Assembly: GCA_951406725.2 (NCBI GenBank)
Contig: OX597817.1
Span: 132,060,001 to 132,124,000, forward strand
Direction of reading: 5' to 3'
Length of the DNA stretch: 64,000 nt
Source of the DNA: Octopus vulgaris
Taxonomy: Eukaryota
The translations under genes were made by a program, and so were the position numbers. The first letter of the stretch is position 1. The number at the start of each line of letters is the position of its first letter. Positions 44,775 through 58,250 of this stretch are shown piece by piece. Below the pieces are notes generated by a model. The model did no database searches. It was not told the DNA's origin and worked only from the letters and a program-made list of their open reading frames with translations.

Positions 44775-45396
44775 AATTAATTAATGTTCCTTTTATACTA
44801 TCATGCCTTGCAAACAACTTGCAAGTGCTACCAGTCAAAAGCTCCGTATACCGGAAGCCAGCAAGTGTATGGGGTCATCGGGAGAGAATGGGCGTCGTTT
44901 CGGGGCCTACCTCTCGACGGCATCAATGCGCACCGCCCTCACTGATATGAGGCCCCGCTTGCTAGATCAGCTGGTTATCAAATTAAGCTCAATATCCTTC
45001 TAGCCATCGCTCATCGTCTCTTTTTAACCAAATCCAGTGGCTAGCCTTCTCCACTGTAGATTGGATTTCAGTCATGGTGGTATTGACTTTACGATGAGTT
45101 AGGCCTAGCGATAACAACAGTCGTCTCACACTGTGTCCAACGAACCCTCTATATCCAACTTCGATTGGAAAATGTTCCGCTTTCCAGCCTGCGTCTTCAC
45201 ATTCCTCGAGGAGGTTTATATAACGGTTAAATTTTCGAGCCCGAGCGGCGTCCATATTATCTTCATGAGGAACCGTTAGCTCGACTATATTTACAACTTT
45301 CTTTCTTTCACACCACATCAAAATATCTGGGGGGTTTTCGTAATTGGGATGGGAAAGAAAACCTGGCACCCAGGTAAATCTGCAGTTACCTCCCAT
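44775..45396 (-). mobile_element. HERO/NeSL-like RLE non-LTR retrotransposon 3' end
   Basis: ORF 44989-45396: PDILMW...IVELTVPHE...RK..RY...GW....PIEVGYRGF...EKASHWIWLKR, the PD-(D/E)xK restriction-like endonuclease pattern of HERO-type elements, followed by a 3'UTR. Confidence 0.8.
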
Positions 45397-45949
45397 TGAA
45401 AATGTTTTATCATAAAATATAATTTACTTTATCTTTTACTGGTTTCAGCCATTGGACTACAGCCATGTCGGGGCTATAGTAAAAGATAATTGCTCAAGGT
45501 GTCACGCGGTAGGACGGAGACTGAACCCACCTGGCTGCAATGAGCTTCTTGGCTCTATAGCCATGCATGCGCCTACGTAATTTGACGGTTTAAGGAAGCG
45601 ATGTCTATGCTGTATCTATTCGAAACAAGTAGAACACTAAAGGAAGCTGACTCTTTGATACACTAATCGATCAATTATGACCGGAGTGAAATAGAAAATA
45701 ATGATTGATTGGTAGAATTAAAGAAAAACGATCATTGCCATCATTGTTTTTTGATAATCTCGTGTTGGTATCTGATATTTCTAATATGTCTCCTACCACC
45801 CAAATAACACGAGATTTGAGAATCTTTGATCGTTAACTGGGAATTTAAAAGAAAACGCTTTTAAAATATCAAAATACTTTCTTTTCGATCCTGCCTTAAA
45901 TCAAAACGATAAAAGTGTTATTGTGATTTTCTCCGTGTCCTCATCTATA

Positions 45950-46370
45950 CTCATAAAGGTTACAATCATGAGTACAAACGGTTTGAATGGTGTTTCTACG
46001 AAGGATATGTTGAATAACGCTACTCGACAGGGTACGTGGCTCCGACATCAAGCAGACTTTCCATGCCGAGTCGTAATTTCTCTGCATTGAGAGTTCGCAG
46101 CTCCTGTACAACTGGCATGCGATTAAAATGTTGCAGGAAAGATTCTGAAAAACATACTCTTGAAGCCGTGTCAACCGGAAGAACACCGCGACACAGGCAA
46201 ACCAGTGAGACGTTTGGGTAATATGCAAGGTCTTGTCGTTTGGAATCCAGCTGAGAAGTGTGATGTCGGTTGTTTCTGATATGCCGTTCTGGTGAGGAAC
46301 TCCTGAGGACTCAGCCTCAACGACCCTTCCAGCAGAATATGGATGGATGGAAATAATGTTTGCACAATTT
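45950..46370 (+). mobile_element. Decayed RTE-clade LINE 3' remnant
   Basis: LDRVRGSDIKQ...IESSQL...HAIKMLQER and GRTPRHR, resembling RTE DRVRSSDIR...IERSQLRW.GH..RM..ER...GRRPRGRP. Confidence 0.65.
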
Positions 46371-48257
46371 GCTGACAGTTTCTGACAGGATGATTGTGCA
46401 GTGGCACCTTCCCCGCTACGGTTAATTAAAACGAGTAATTAAAAGTATCAAGCTGTTACGAATTGGAATGATGAAACGGTTGTTTACAGCATAAATACTG
46501 TCTATAAAATATTGCAATCGCTTGTTTTCCTAAATAATGCAAGGCAGCTATCAGAATTGCTAAGTTTAACGAATGTCCCCTTTTGATGTTGGCGTTTGAA
46601 GTTTGAATAACGATTGGTGTCTGTTGAATTAACTGGAATCAGAGATAAACGGAGAGAAGGACAAAGAGAGAAAGATAAAGAGACAGAGAGGGAGAGAAAA
46701 GGAAAGGAGAGATAAAGAAAGTGAGAGAGAGTCAGACAGACGGAGACAGAGCGAGCAGATGTCCGCGTGATTTACATAACAAACGATATCCTTTGGATTG
46801 TGAGGTTATCTTTCATTATTTACTTGTCTCAGTCATTTGACTGCGGCCATACTGGGGTACAACCATCAACGATCTAGTCGAAAAAAATTCAGTACTCATT
46901 TTATTATCTCGTTTGCCGAACTGCTAAGTTATGGAAACGAAAACAAACAAGCATCGGTTGTCAATTGGCGATGTGTGTGTGACAAACAAAGGCGTACTCA
47001 TATATATGTACAAATATACAACGGGCTTCCACATAGTTTCCCGTTCACCAAATTCACTCACAAGGCATTGGTCGGCTCGAATCTACGGTAGAAAACACGT
47101 GCTCATGGTGCCGTGCCTTAGGACTGAACCCGAAATCACATGGCTTCGATGCGAGCTTAGAAACACCAAATAAGTTATGCATTTTTAGAAATGTTTTCGT
47201 TATTTCATTGATATTCTCCGGGTGAATGGAGACGACAATATAGTTTAGATTTCTGTCTGAAGTTAATCTATTTCTGAGTTCCAGTTCAGATACTTGAAAA
47301 AATACCAGTTTCAAATTTAGCACAAGACCAGCAATTTCGTGGGTGAGTTAAGTCAGTTACATCGATCCCAGTGCTCAAATGGTCTTTATTTTATCGACCT
47401 CGAAAAGATAAAAGACAAAACTGACCTCGGTGGAATTTGAACTCAGAGCACAAAGACCGACGAAATTCCATTAAGCATTTTGCCCGGCCTGCTAACGATT
47501 CTGCCATAAAAAATGACATCTAATTTTCTCTTAGAGACGTGAGGACACTTTCTCTCACGTCAAAAAGAATAGCTTCCGTGGCTTTTAATGGATTGTATAG
47601 ATATGATCGGGTGAAACGAATCACCTATGTTACTAATAGCCACGAAAACTATCTGGATGTGACAAAACCGAAGGAACTTCTGCATAATCACTCGTAGTAA
47701 TGAAGGATCACCAATTTTAGTCATTTGACCTTAAATAAATAATAGTTACATTAGGTTTGGGATTTGGTTTGTAGGATTCTTCATGTGAATTCGCATGTTA
47801 AAACAAATTTTGTTGCATCTCCGGAAGGTCATATTGATATATGTTAAATTTCTTTTATTATTATTAACAAATTCGTCTACATTTAACTAATTAATCAATT
47901 GTTTGAATAATCCTTCAATCAATCGGTCAGTAGTGTTAGTCGAAGACCTGTCGTCAATCAGAATCTTGATGTTTAGAAATACAGGAAGGACACCATTTGG
48001 GACAGTATGGTTTGCGGTACAATATGCCTGAAGCATTAGTCAGGAGGGTCATGGCGGGAATACATTCGACAGCAGATCTGCTCGATCATGGCTAACTTCG
48101 CCTCAAGCAACAACAACAACAACGCCAACAAGAATAATATATATTTTCTTCTAAGTCATATCTTTTATCTTTTACTTGTTTCAGTCAGTAGATTGCGGCC
48201 ATGCTGGGGCCCCAATGTGAAGACGTTTTAGTCGAATGAATCGACCAGAGCAATTAT

Positions 48258-48394
48258 TTTTTAAAGCTTGGTAGTTATTCTATCAGTCTCTTTAACTGAA
48301 CCACTAAGTGCTGAAACATAAATAGGCACCGGTTGTCAAGCGGTGACGCAAAGCAGACACAAAAGAACACGCACACACAGATAGAGAGATTGAT

Positions 48395-48433
<39 letters not shown>

Positions 48434-48513
48434 TATATAACCGGTGCCTATTTATGTTTCAGCACATAGTGGTTAGTTAAAGAGGCTGATAGAATAATAC
48501 CAAGCTTTAAAAA
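48258..48513. repeat. Local inverted duplication (about 76 bp) across a (TA)n tract
   Basis: 48258-48334 versus the reverse complement of 48439-48513, with few mismatches. Confidence 0.9.
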
Positions 48514-48556
48514 TATGTATATATATGTGTACACACATATATACATATATATATAC

Positions 48557-48618
<62 letters not shown>

Positions 48619-48639
48619 ATATATACATATACATATATA

Positions 48640-48674
<35 letters not shown>

Positions 48675-48821
48675 AAATGGTCGTGACTTCTGGTACTTGA
48701 TGAAAGAAAGCCTAGAATAACCCGTCTTTATTTGCCTGTCCTTCTAATTGCTGTTTCTCTTTTCCGCCTTTTTGTCGTCTATCTGTCCGAAAGTTTTAAT
48801 GCCCTCTATTGCTTTTTTGTT

Positions 48822-48916
<95 letters not shown>

Positions 48917-49645
48917 ACGGACTACCTTCCGTCTACCTACTAATCCGCCTACAAATCTTTGGTCGGCGGCCCGATGCTATAGCAGAAGACACTTTACCCA
49001 GTGTGCTACACAGTGGAACTGACCCAGAACCAAAGCCGTGTGAAAGGGAACGGAAATTCTTATCACATAACCACGCCTGCGCCTGTAAATTAAAGAGTCT
49101 TGCATACAGAGGTGTATGTGAGCGATCAGCATACTTATCGGGATAAAACTTCCCCTCCAACACACACGCGCGCGCGCGCATGCGCATGGATCTATTTATA
49201 CCGACTACGATATCTGTAATGGAACGTAAAATATTCCCTAATGCAGAACATCGAAAGCTCTGATTTCTATGGTTTTCTTTCTTTCTATTATCTTTCTTTA
49301 TTAGTAAATGCTTCAGACTAACTTGTGGCCTGCCATTCTTCCTTAGAAAACATTGGAATTTTGTTAGTGTATTTTCTATATATCTGGCGACGTTTCAAAC
49401 ACATCCAGCTACCGACGTCCGGTGAATAGAAGAATGAAATGAAGGCTGTCTTACAGAGTTTCACTTTTAACACTGATAACAGAATTAAAGATAAGGTTAC
49501 GTCTCTGAAAAACCAATACCTGGTCTCTTTGACAGGAAACAAAACTAAATTTCTGCAGACAATTTCTTATAAAGCCATTCATTTGTACTATGAGAATCAG
49601 AACTAAATACACTCGCCCTATGTCAGTGTGTGAGTATGCACACAA

Positions 49646-49676
<31 letters not shown>

Positions 49677-49929
49677 CAGAAACACACACACAGAGACGCG
49701 CGCTCACTCACACACACACACACAAACATAAACAGGCGAATGGAGAAACGAAAGGGGCTCTCAACATATGAAGTAAGAGTTACATATATACTCTTTACTC
49801 TTTTACTTGTTTCAGTCATTTGACTGCGGCCATGCTGGAGCACCGCCTTTAGTCGAGCAAAGCGACCCCAGGATTTATTCTTTATAAGCCTAGTACTTAT
49901 TCTATCGGTCTCTTTTGCCGAACCGCTAA

Positions 49930-50061
<132 letters not shown>

Positions 50062-50071
50062 ATTATTATAT

Positions 50072-50670
50072 GTTTGACTTTTGCTTTATATTTGTACAAG
50101 TTGGCTCCAAGTCTCACCCGGAGACCTCAAGAGACAACAGGATGGAAGTTCACGTTGTTGATATGCCTAGTGTGCCATATATTTGGTTGTTTTTTGTGTT
50201 GTACTGGTGGATGTCTAGAAAAAAAATGTTTGTTTTAAACCATGAGATTACGTAGAAAGTATTTTGCGTAGGATATGAGCAGTTCCCATGAGCACTATCT
50301 TTTGAATTTCTGCCATTTTTGGGTTTCCTGGTATCTGAGTTAGGTAGCTATCAGCACCTTTTGCTATCATTCCCAGGGTACCTATGACAACAGGTATTAT
50401 TATTATTATTATTATTATTCTATGTTTGACTTTTGCTTTATATTTGTACAAGTTGGCTCCAAGTCTCACCCAGAGACCTCAAGAGACAACAGGGTTGGAA
50501 TTTCATGTTGTTGTTATGCCTAGTGTGCCATATATTTGGGGGGTGGGGATGTTGTACTAATGAATGTCTAAAAAAAAAAAAAAAAAAGTTTTTTTTTTGT
50601 TTTTTTTTTAAACCGAAAATTATGTTTGTTTTAAACCTTGAGATTACATAGAGAGTATTTTGCGTAGGAT
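50072..50670 (-). mobile_element. Two tandem 5'-truncated R4/Dong-like LINE 3' ends separated by (ATT)n
   Basis: IPVVIGTLGMI...IPGNPKMAEIQKIVLMGTAHILRKILS plus 3'UTR (50072-50396); second copy of the 3'UTR with ILRKIL (50420-50670). Confidence 0.8.
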
Positions 50671-50691
50671 ATTATTATTATTATTATTATT

Positions 50692-50798
<107 letters not shown>

Positions 50799-50810
50799 CA
50801 TTATTATTAT

Positions 50811-51185
50811 TACCTCCGCCTTATAGAAGGCGAAGGTATTATTTCCAGTTATGTTTGTTTGTTTGTTTGTTTATCCGTGGATAAGATATCTCAAGAATCG
50901 CTGAATGGATTTGGATGAAACTTTCAGGGATGTTTGGCCTCGTGACTGGCACGAACTACTTCGGTTTGGGTATCGATCGAGTACGGGACAAGGATTCTGG
51001 ATTATTTTTCCGATTTTTTTAATACTTAATTCTTGAGAGTGGTCGGGTTTATTTTTAGTATTCTTGTTTGTGTGAGAAGTCGAGTTTATTCCATCTATTC
51101 TCATTTTAAAAATTATCTCCGACAAATCTTTGAGAGGACATTGGTGTTGTCTTGGCGGAGGTTTGCACTCTCTGAGTGGTCTTTT
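50811..51185 (+). mobile_element. Helentron-associated non-autonomous element (HINE/DINE-1-like)
   Basis: Subterminal inverted repeat acctccgcc (50812-50820)/ggcggaggt (51154-51162), internal (GTTT)n, 3' hairpin cactc-tct-gagtg, T-rich ends. Confidence 0.7.
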
Positions 51186-51314
51186 TATTGATATTATTTA
51201 AATGTTTCATTCGGTCCCATGAAACTTAAAGTTTCGCTAGCTTCTTACAGAAACCTAGCTGGTCGGTGGTAAATGGAATTGGTAGATGGAAACTGAAAGA
51301 AGCTTGTCGTATGC

Positions 51315-51351
<37 letters not shown>

Positions 51352-52946
51352 CGTGTGTGTGTGTGTCTTTGTATCTGCGTTCGTCCCTCATCTGCGTTCG
51401 TCCCTTACCGTTTGATAACAGGTAACGGTGTGTTCACGTCCCCATTAACTAGCGGTGCGACAAAAGAGAATGATAGAATAAGTGTGAAGGTTAAAAATAT
51501 TTAAGTACTGGTATTGATTCGTTCGACTAAAATTCTTCAAGGCGGTGCCCCGGCATGGCCGCAGTCAATTGACTGAAGCAAGTGAACCGTAATAAAAGTG
51601 GTACCCTGGTGGCAGCTATTGTAAGGGAGATAATCCCTTGGATAATGAATAGTAAATAATGCAGGGTGACAAATTTCAATGTTGAATTGAGGAGTTACAA
51701 AGACGTACAGAATGCACATACTTAATATTTTTTTCTGCTCATTGCAAAGATCTTAAATATTTGATTAATTCCAACTAACCACGTAACAGAGCCATTTTGT
51801 CCTTACTTGAAACCATCATCATGACATAAACGCAGGCAAATATATTATACTAAATTGAATAGTCTACGAAGCGAGAAAGTTTACAAAATATTCAAGGTAT
51901 GTGTTTCTTTTACATCGTTGACAGTTCAGCAAGTGAAAGAGAAGAGAAAGGCTACTTGATATTCATAAAGGCGGCGAGCTGGTAGAGTCGTTACGGACAA
52001 AATGCTTAGCGGCATTTCGTTTGCTTCTACATTTCGTTGCTTCAGGACGACTTTGCCGTTCATTCTTTTGGTGGGTGATACAATTAGTACCAGTTAAGCA
52101 CTGGGTTCGTGTAGTCCATTACTCCCTCCCCGAATTTTCTGGCCTTCTAACCATATTTGAAAGCGCATTAAACGCCGCATATTACTGCTACATGCTTTAT
52201 ATACCGTGTAAGTACTTCAATGGCATATACAAGAATCACCGAACGAGGTGATTATGTTAATAGCTCTCTTGAATGTAATTATATTGGTTATTTACTTCCA
52301 GTTTACTGCTCGGACTAATTACTTCATCAAACCCGTGGCATGATTTTAGAAAAGATAAAGAGGTTTTATGTGATTTTCTTTCTTGCTGTTATTTTAGGAT
52401 TAACTTGTTCCTAGGTGAGCAATTTGCCAAAGAATATCGAATCACCTGGCTAAGAAGCTATCGATTTTTTCTGTATGTAGTCTTTTCCCCTTAATATGGT
52501 TTCGATTATGGAAAGTGTTATATATTTTTAATGTAAAACTATGGACCGACTAATGTAGCTAAGGAGGAAATGTTGTTTTTTTTATGATTGATGAAAGATG
52601 CAGTTTTATAGTGAAGTAGATGTCAGTTTATCTCGGATGAGGAGTTGAGAGTAGATTTACTCTTATTTCTTGTTGTTTTATGCCATTGTCGATAACAAAC
52701 GATGGCCTCTGATAACCTAATTATGTGAAAGTAGGTTAGGTGAAGGAGAAGCGAAATGGTGGGAAGACATGTTTCACTGCAAGCCTAAAGATATTTGCAT
52801 TTTTAGTGATGAAATTTATTGTATGAGTAGGAGAATCATCTCCACAAGCTAGGGTCGTTGTTGATGTCATTCGTGCTGAGTGCCATAGAACAAAGTCGAA
52901 AATGTTTAAAGGTAGTGATTATCTATCTACCAATTCACACACACGT

Positions 52947-52981
<35 letters not shown>

Positions 52982-53001
52982 CTCAGACACACACGCGCAC
53001 A

Positions 53002-53070
<69 letters not shown>

Positions 53071-53167
53071 GGAATTTACGAAAAAAAATCAAACGAAACA
53101 AAAGACGAAGACGGGTGTGTAAACAACAAAAAATATATTAGTTTAACACTCGGGATGTCAGAAAGTA

Positions 53168-53201
53168 TTTTACGTTTCGAGCTTCCGCTCTTCGACAGAA
53201 A
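53168..53201 (-). ncRNA. Degenerate minimal hammerhead-like motif (core CUGUCGA)
   Basis: Minus strand: ttt-CTGTCGA-a-gagc-ggaa-gctc-GAAA-cg-TA-aaa; palindromic ACGT stem III, GUA site; A6 is U and stem I is only 3 bp. Confidence 0.4.
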
Positions 53202-53294
53202 GGAACACAGGAATAAAAAACAGAGAGAGAAAATAGAAAAGGGTTTAGTGGCTAGCGATCACTCATGGTGATATATATATATATATATATTCTT

Positions 53295-53499
53295 ATATTC
53301 TTTTACTTGTTTCAGTCATTTGACTGCAGCCATGCTGGAACACAGACTTTAGTCGAACAAATCGACACCAGGACTTATTCTATAGGTATCCTTGGCCGAA
53401 CTGCTAAGTTACGTGTACGTAAACACACCAGCATCAATTAAGTAATGGTGAGGCGACAAACACAGATACACAAATACACATGAGTGCGCACGCACGCAC

Positions 53500-53577
<78 letters not shown>

Positions 53578-53937
53578 CAAAGGTAGGACAGAAAGAACGC
53601 AACAAACGGAAACCAACAAAGCACAACATGCGGAAAAATAGACGATAACACGAGCGGGAATCCGGACAAAACAAGATACAAAGTACAAATAAAATATGGT
53701 GTGTGTGCGTGTGTAAATATATATATATATACATGTTTGTATGTATGTATGTATTTGTGTGTGTGTGTATGTGTATATACGATGGCTTCTTTCAGTTTCC
53801 ATCTATCAAATCCACCCACAAGTCTTTGGTCGGCCCGGAGCTATAGTAGAAGACACTTGATCAAGGTGCCACACAGTGGGATCGAAACTGGAACCATGTT
53901 GTTGGGAAACAAGCTTCTTACCACACAACCACGCCTG
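53295..53937 (-). mobile_element. SINE family A copy with about 125 nt of unrelated sequence inside its microsatellite
   Basis: Both halves match family A; unrelated sequence at about 53575-53700 lies between TA/TG tracts. Confidence 0.75.
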
Positions 53938-54224
53938 TGACAATATATATTGACTTAAGATGTTGGTACAAGGCCAGCGAATTCAGAGGAGGGGGTAAGG
54001 CGATTACATCAACCCCAGTACACAACTGGTACTTATTTTCTCGACTCTGAAACGATAAAAAGCAAAGTCGACGCTCGTATAGTTTGACCTCAGAATGTTG
54101 AGACTGCCGAAAAGCCGTTTAGCATTTCGCTCGGCGTGATAACGATTCTGCCACATCGCCGTCTTATATGCACTTATATATTGACGGATAAACGGATTAA
54201 TTGATGTCTCCACAGACGGACAGA

Positions 54225-54265
<41 letters not shown>

Positions 54266-54306
54266 ATATATGTATATATATATATATATATATGTATATG
54301 TGTGTA

Positions 54307-54353
<47 letters not shown>

Positions 54354-54379
54354 GTGTGTGTATATATATATATATATAA

Positions 54380-54583
54380 TTCTTTGTAAGCTTAATACAT
54401 GATCTGTCGGTGTCTTTTGCCGAACAGCGAAGTTACGCGGATGTAAACACACCAACATCGGTTGTCAAGCGATGGTGAGGGGACAAATACAGACACACAA
54501 ATACACGCACATACACACACACACACATATATATATATGCATATATATATATATATGCATATATATATATGTGTGTATATATA

Positions 54584-54614
<31 letters not shown>

Positions 54615-55008
54615 TATGACAACAAAGGAATGAATGAGACCTCGATATTATGTAAATAGAGGAATTTATCTATAGATATAATGTGTAACAATTAGTTAGT
54701 TGTCATAGTAAATCTCAGATTTCCGGATAACGTTTTTGTTTGTCTTAATAACTGATGAGATGCCTGAGCAGACTTTAGCGCGGACATCCGAAACTCTGAG
54801 TTTTATTATGACAACCAACTGTCACATAATATATATATACATATACGACGAGCTTCTTTCAGTTTCCGTCCACCAAATGCACTCACAGGGCTTTGGTCTG
54901 CCTGAGGCTACTGTAGAAAACACTTGCTCAAGGTGCCATGCAGTGGGACTGAACCTGGAACCATGCGGTTGAGAAGCAAGTTTCCTACTACACAGCCACT
55001 CCTGCTCC
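54380..55008 (-). mobile_element. SINE family A copy interrupted by an HHR-bearing fragment
   Basis: Family A halves at about 54380-54520 and 54845-55008; insert at about 54612-54828. Confidence 0.75.
54740..54814 (+). ncRNA. Minimal type I hammerhead ribozyme motif (Penelope-like)
   Basis: Stem I ttgtcttaataa/ttattatgacaa (11 of 12 paired); CUGAUGA (54752-54758); stem II gatg/catc extended by cc/gg; GAAA (54790-54793); near-palindromic stem III actc-t-gagt; GUU triplet. Confidence 0.7.
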
Positions 55009-56309
55009 TATGTCTGTCCTTTTAACTTTTTTCGGTCACGTTTCTGCCATTAATATTGGAAATTTTCAAATCAGTAATCTAAAGTTGGTTCAAGTTAACT
55101 ACCGATACGATTAGAGGTCAGTTTTTGCTCTTCCCCTGTTCAGGCAAAGGGTTGAGTTCGTGCCAAAGGTAGACTTGTTTCTGTGGGGGGAAAAATCGAA
55201 ATTTCATTTACAAAAGATTTATAAATAGAAAAACATACACTTCATTCTACATTCATTTTAGTTTCGGTTTAAATTCACTGAATAAGATGAAAGGGGAAAC
55301 ATAGTGTTTATGAAAATAATTATCCGTAGACGCACATCACAAAACACTGCTATAGTTACACAAGATGTGATGATGGCGTTTTAATGATAACAAAATCAAT
55401 TGAATTTTTATTGAACAAATGCCCAGTAAAGTCAGTTTAATACTTACTTGTATACTTATTTATATGGCTGCTACTGTTGCTACTAGTGCTGCTGCTGTGA
55501 CTACTTGAAGTAATTTATTTTTTATTTTGGCACAAGGCTTAAAATATGGGGCAAGGCGGGTGTTTAGTATATTATATCAAACCAGGTACTCGCTGGAGCT
55601 TTCTTTTTTTAATCTGCTCCAATCTGTTGTACTGAAACGAGACGAAAGTTTCGGGTAAGCATCATAACGAGAGACTTCTTTCTAGTTAGGTGCTTTTTGA
55701 TTTGAAAAGAAAAAAAATGAAGTTAGTTTTTATCAACAAATTAAGACAGAGAAATAGGTGAAGGTATGGGTGTGTGGTAAGAAGTTTGCTTCCCAACCAT
55801 AGGGTTCTGGTTTCAGGCCCACTGCCTGGCATCTCGACCAAAGCCCGACCAAAGCCTTGTGAGTGGATTTGATAGACTGAATGTAACCTGTCACATATAC
55901 ACACATATATGTTTATGTGTGTGTGTCTTCGTGAATGTGGTTGTACCCTTACCACCACTTGACAAACGGTGTCAGTGTGTTTATGTCCCCGTAACTTAGC
56001 AGTCGGCAAAAAGAACTGATAGAATAAGTACCAGGTTTTAAAAATTAAGTAATAGATTCATTCGGCTAAAGATTCTTAAAGGCGTTGCCCCAGCATGGTC
56101 ACAGTCTAATCACTAGAGCAAGTAAAAGATGAAGAGGTAAAGAATGAAGTGGTAAACTCTGAGATTCTGAGTTAATGATATCAGTGAAATATGCCACTAT
56201 GGCACACGGAGCCTCAAGCGTTACGGCCTGACCCTCTTCAACGGCATTCTCTTTTCGAAAGTACGACACATCTAAGAATTCCCTGCACTACTACTACTAC
56301 TACTACTAC

Positions 56310-56370
<61 letters not shown>

Positions 56371-56407
56371 CATCATCATCATTCTTGTTATTAACAACAA
56401 CAAAAAC

Positions 56408-56495
<88 letters not shown>

Positions 56496-56634
56496 GTTTC
56501 AAATTTTGCCACAAGGGCAGTAATTTTGGAGAAGGGGAGGAGTCGATTACATTGACCCCATTGTTCAGCTCGTACTTATTTTACCGACTCCGAAAAGATG
56601 AAAAGCAAAGTAGACCTCGACGGAATAATAATAA

Positions 56635-56716
<82 letters not shown>

Positions 56717-56758
56717 TGCTATCATTCTATATTTGAAATCTTGATATATGTGTGTGTG

Positions 56759-56804
<46 letters not shown>

Positions 56805-57879
56805 ATGTGTGTGTGTGTTATGTACGAAGAAGCTCTAAGGAGATTTGAACAGGAGAACATCTGAGAACTCCAACCACTTCATGAAAGTGCTTCTGCCCTT
56901 ATCTCCTTACAAGCGGAGCAGGCCGGACTGCATCCGTGTCATGACACCTGGGTACCCTTCTGCTTCCACATTCTGTACCGCTATTTGCATTGCAATCTTG
57001 CTGGATTGTCAAGGTACCTTTAGATGTTCTCACTAGTTCAATCTAAGACGTTCGATCACTTTAGGGTAGATGATGCCTTCAGAAATTCACTGCTATTTCT
57101 CATTGACCAGATCCAGTTAAAAGTTCTGCCAGGTCCGGCTCGGTTTTGCCCAGTCTTGCCCGGTTCGACTAATTCGACACTATCTGTGTATGTTTAAATG
57201 GGCGACACATACGCTAATACTTCAACACATTGTCTACGACTCAGTTTTCATTTTTTTTTTCGTCAATAAATAACATATAACATAACAATATCCTTCATTA
57301 TTCATTACATTTCTATCTTCCTATATTATTCACGATTATTTGTTTTTTCTTTCTCTTTCTTCTTGTCTTTTATTTTCCTATTTTGTTATTTTACTTCTTT
57401 GAACTTCTTCTATCCCATTCTTGACTTTCCAATGACATATTGAAGAAATTTAAGACATAATGTGACAACTTACTTTTATATGTCACATAAGCAGTTTTTT
57501 TTTCCTATGAATTCTAGTAATAATAATGTCACAATGTCTGTTTGTCTGTCTGCCATGATTGGTTGATTAGAAGCAACAGTTTTCAGCTATGAATATATAC
57601 TGAATTATTGAATCACATATTGCGCAATATTTTGGAAGTATATGCTATATTTGTCCATTTACAACAAACCCAGTGTAGCATTCAGAGTAGACGCCATTGT
57701 GTTGCATCATCTGCAACTCCCCTTTCTGCCAGCTCTTTGGCCCCCCGCTGAGACCAGTTCTTCGAGGCGAAGATCTCCTTCACTGACGCTTCCATTTCTT
57801 CTTTGTCGACGAAGCATCGCGACTAAGTGAGCCATGAATCAGAACAAGTAATAATTCAAAAGAAATATTTCTCCGCACC

Positions 57880-58250
57880 CCTAACAGTCATAAGCAGTGG
57901 TTAAGCAAGGGCCAGCGTCGGGAACCTGTTACCAAACATGGAGATTTCAAACGCAAGGTGATGTTCTGCCTCTGATGGAATTATGAGAGAATAATTCACA
58001 AAGAGTTAGTTCCAGACGGTCGAACCATCGATGCCAACCTGTACTCCGAACAACTGGAATGGAGTATGCCATTGTGCAGCAAAAGTACCCGGAATTGTTT
58101 AACAGAAACCAAGCAGTTTTGCAGCAAGACAACGCAAAATCTCACACCACTCGAATGGCCCAGAATAAACTCCAAGAACCTGTGGTACCGGGACTGATAC
58201 TACACCCAGTACACCGTCCGGACCTAGCTCCCTCGGATATTTACGTGCTC
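57880..58250 (+). mobile_element. Mariner transposase fragment
   Basis: VLQQDNAKSHT...HPVHRPDLAPSD matches mariner HDNARPH...YSPDLAPSD; truncated by a family F repeat. Confidence 0.75.

Noticed and set aside
48671-48720. ccgaaatggtc...acttgatga as a permuted hammerhead
   Set aside because: Stem III and stem II do not pair; too degenerate to support.
51863-51896. Possible 34-nt next exon (ag|tctacg...tcaag|gtatgt), open in phase 1
   Set aside because: Good donor but no pyrimidine tract, and the peptide VYEARKFTKYS is not recognisable; needs RNA-seq.
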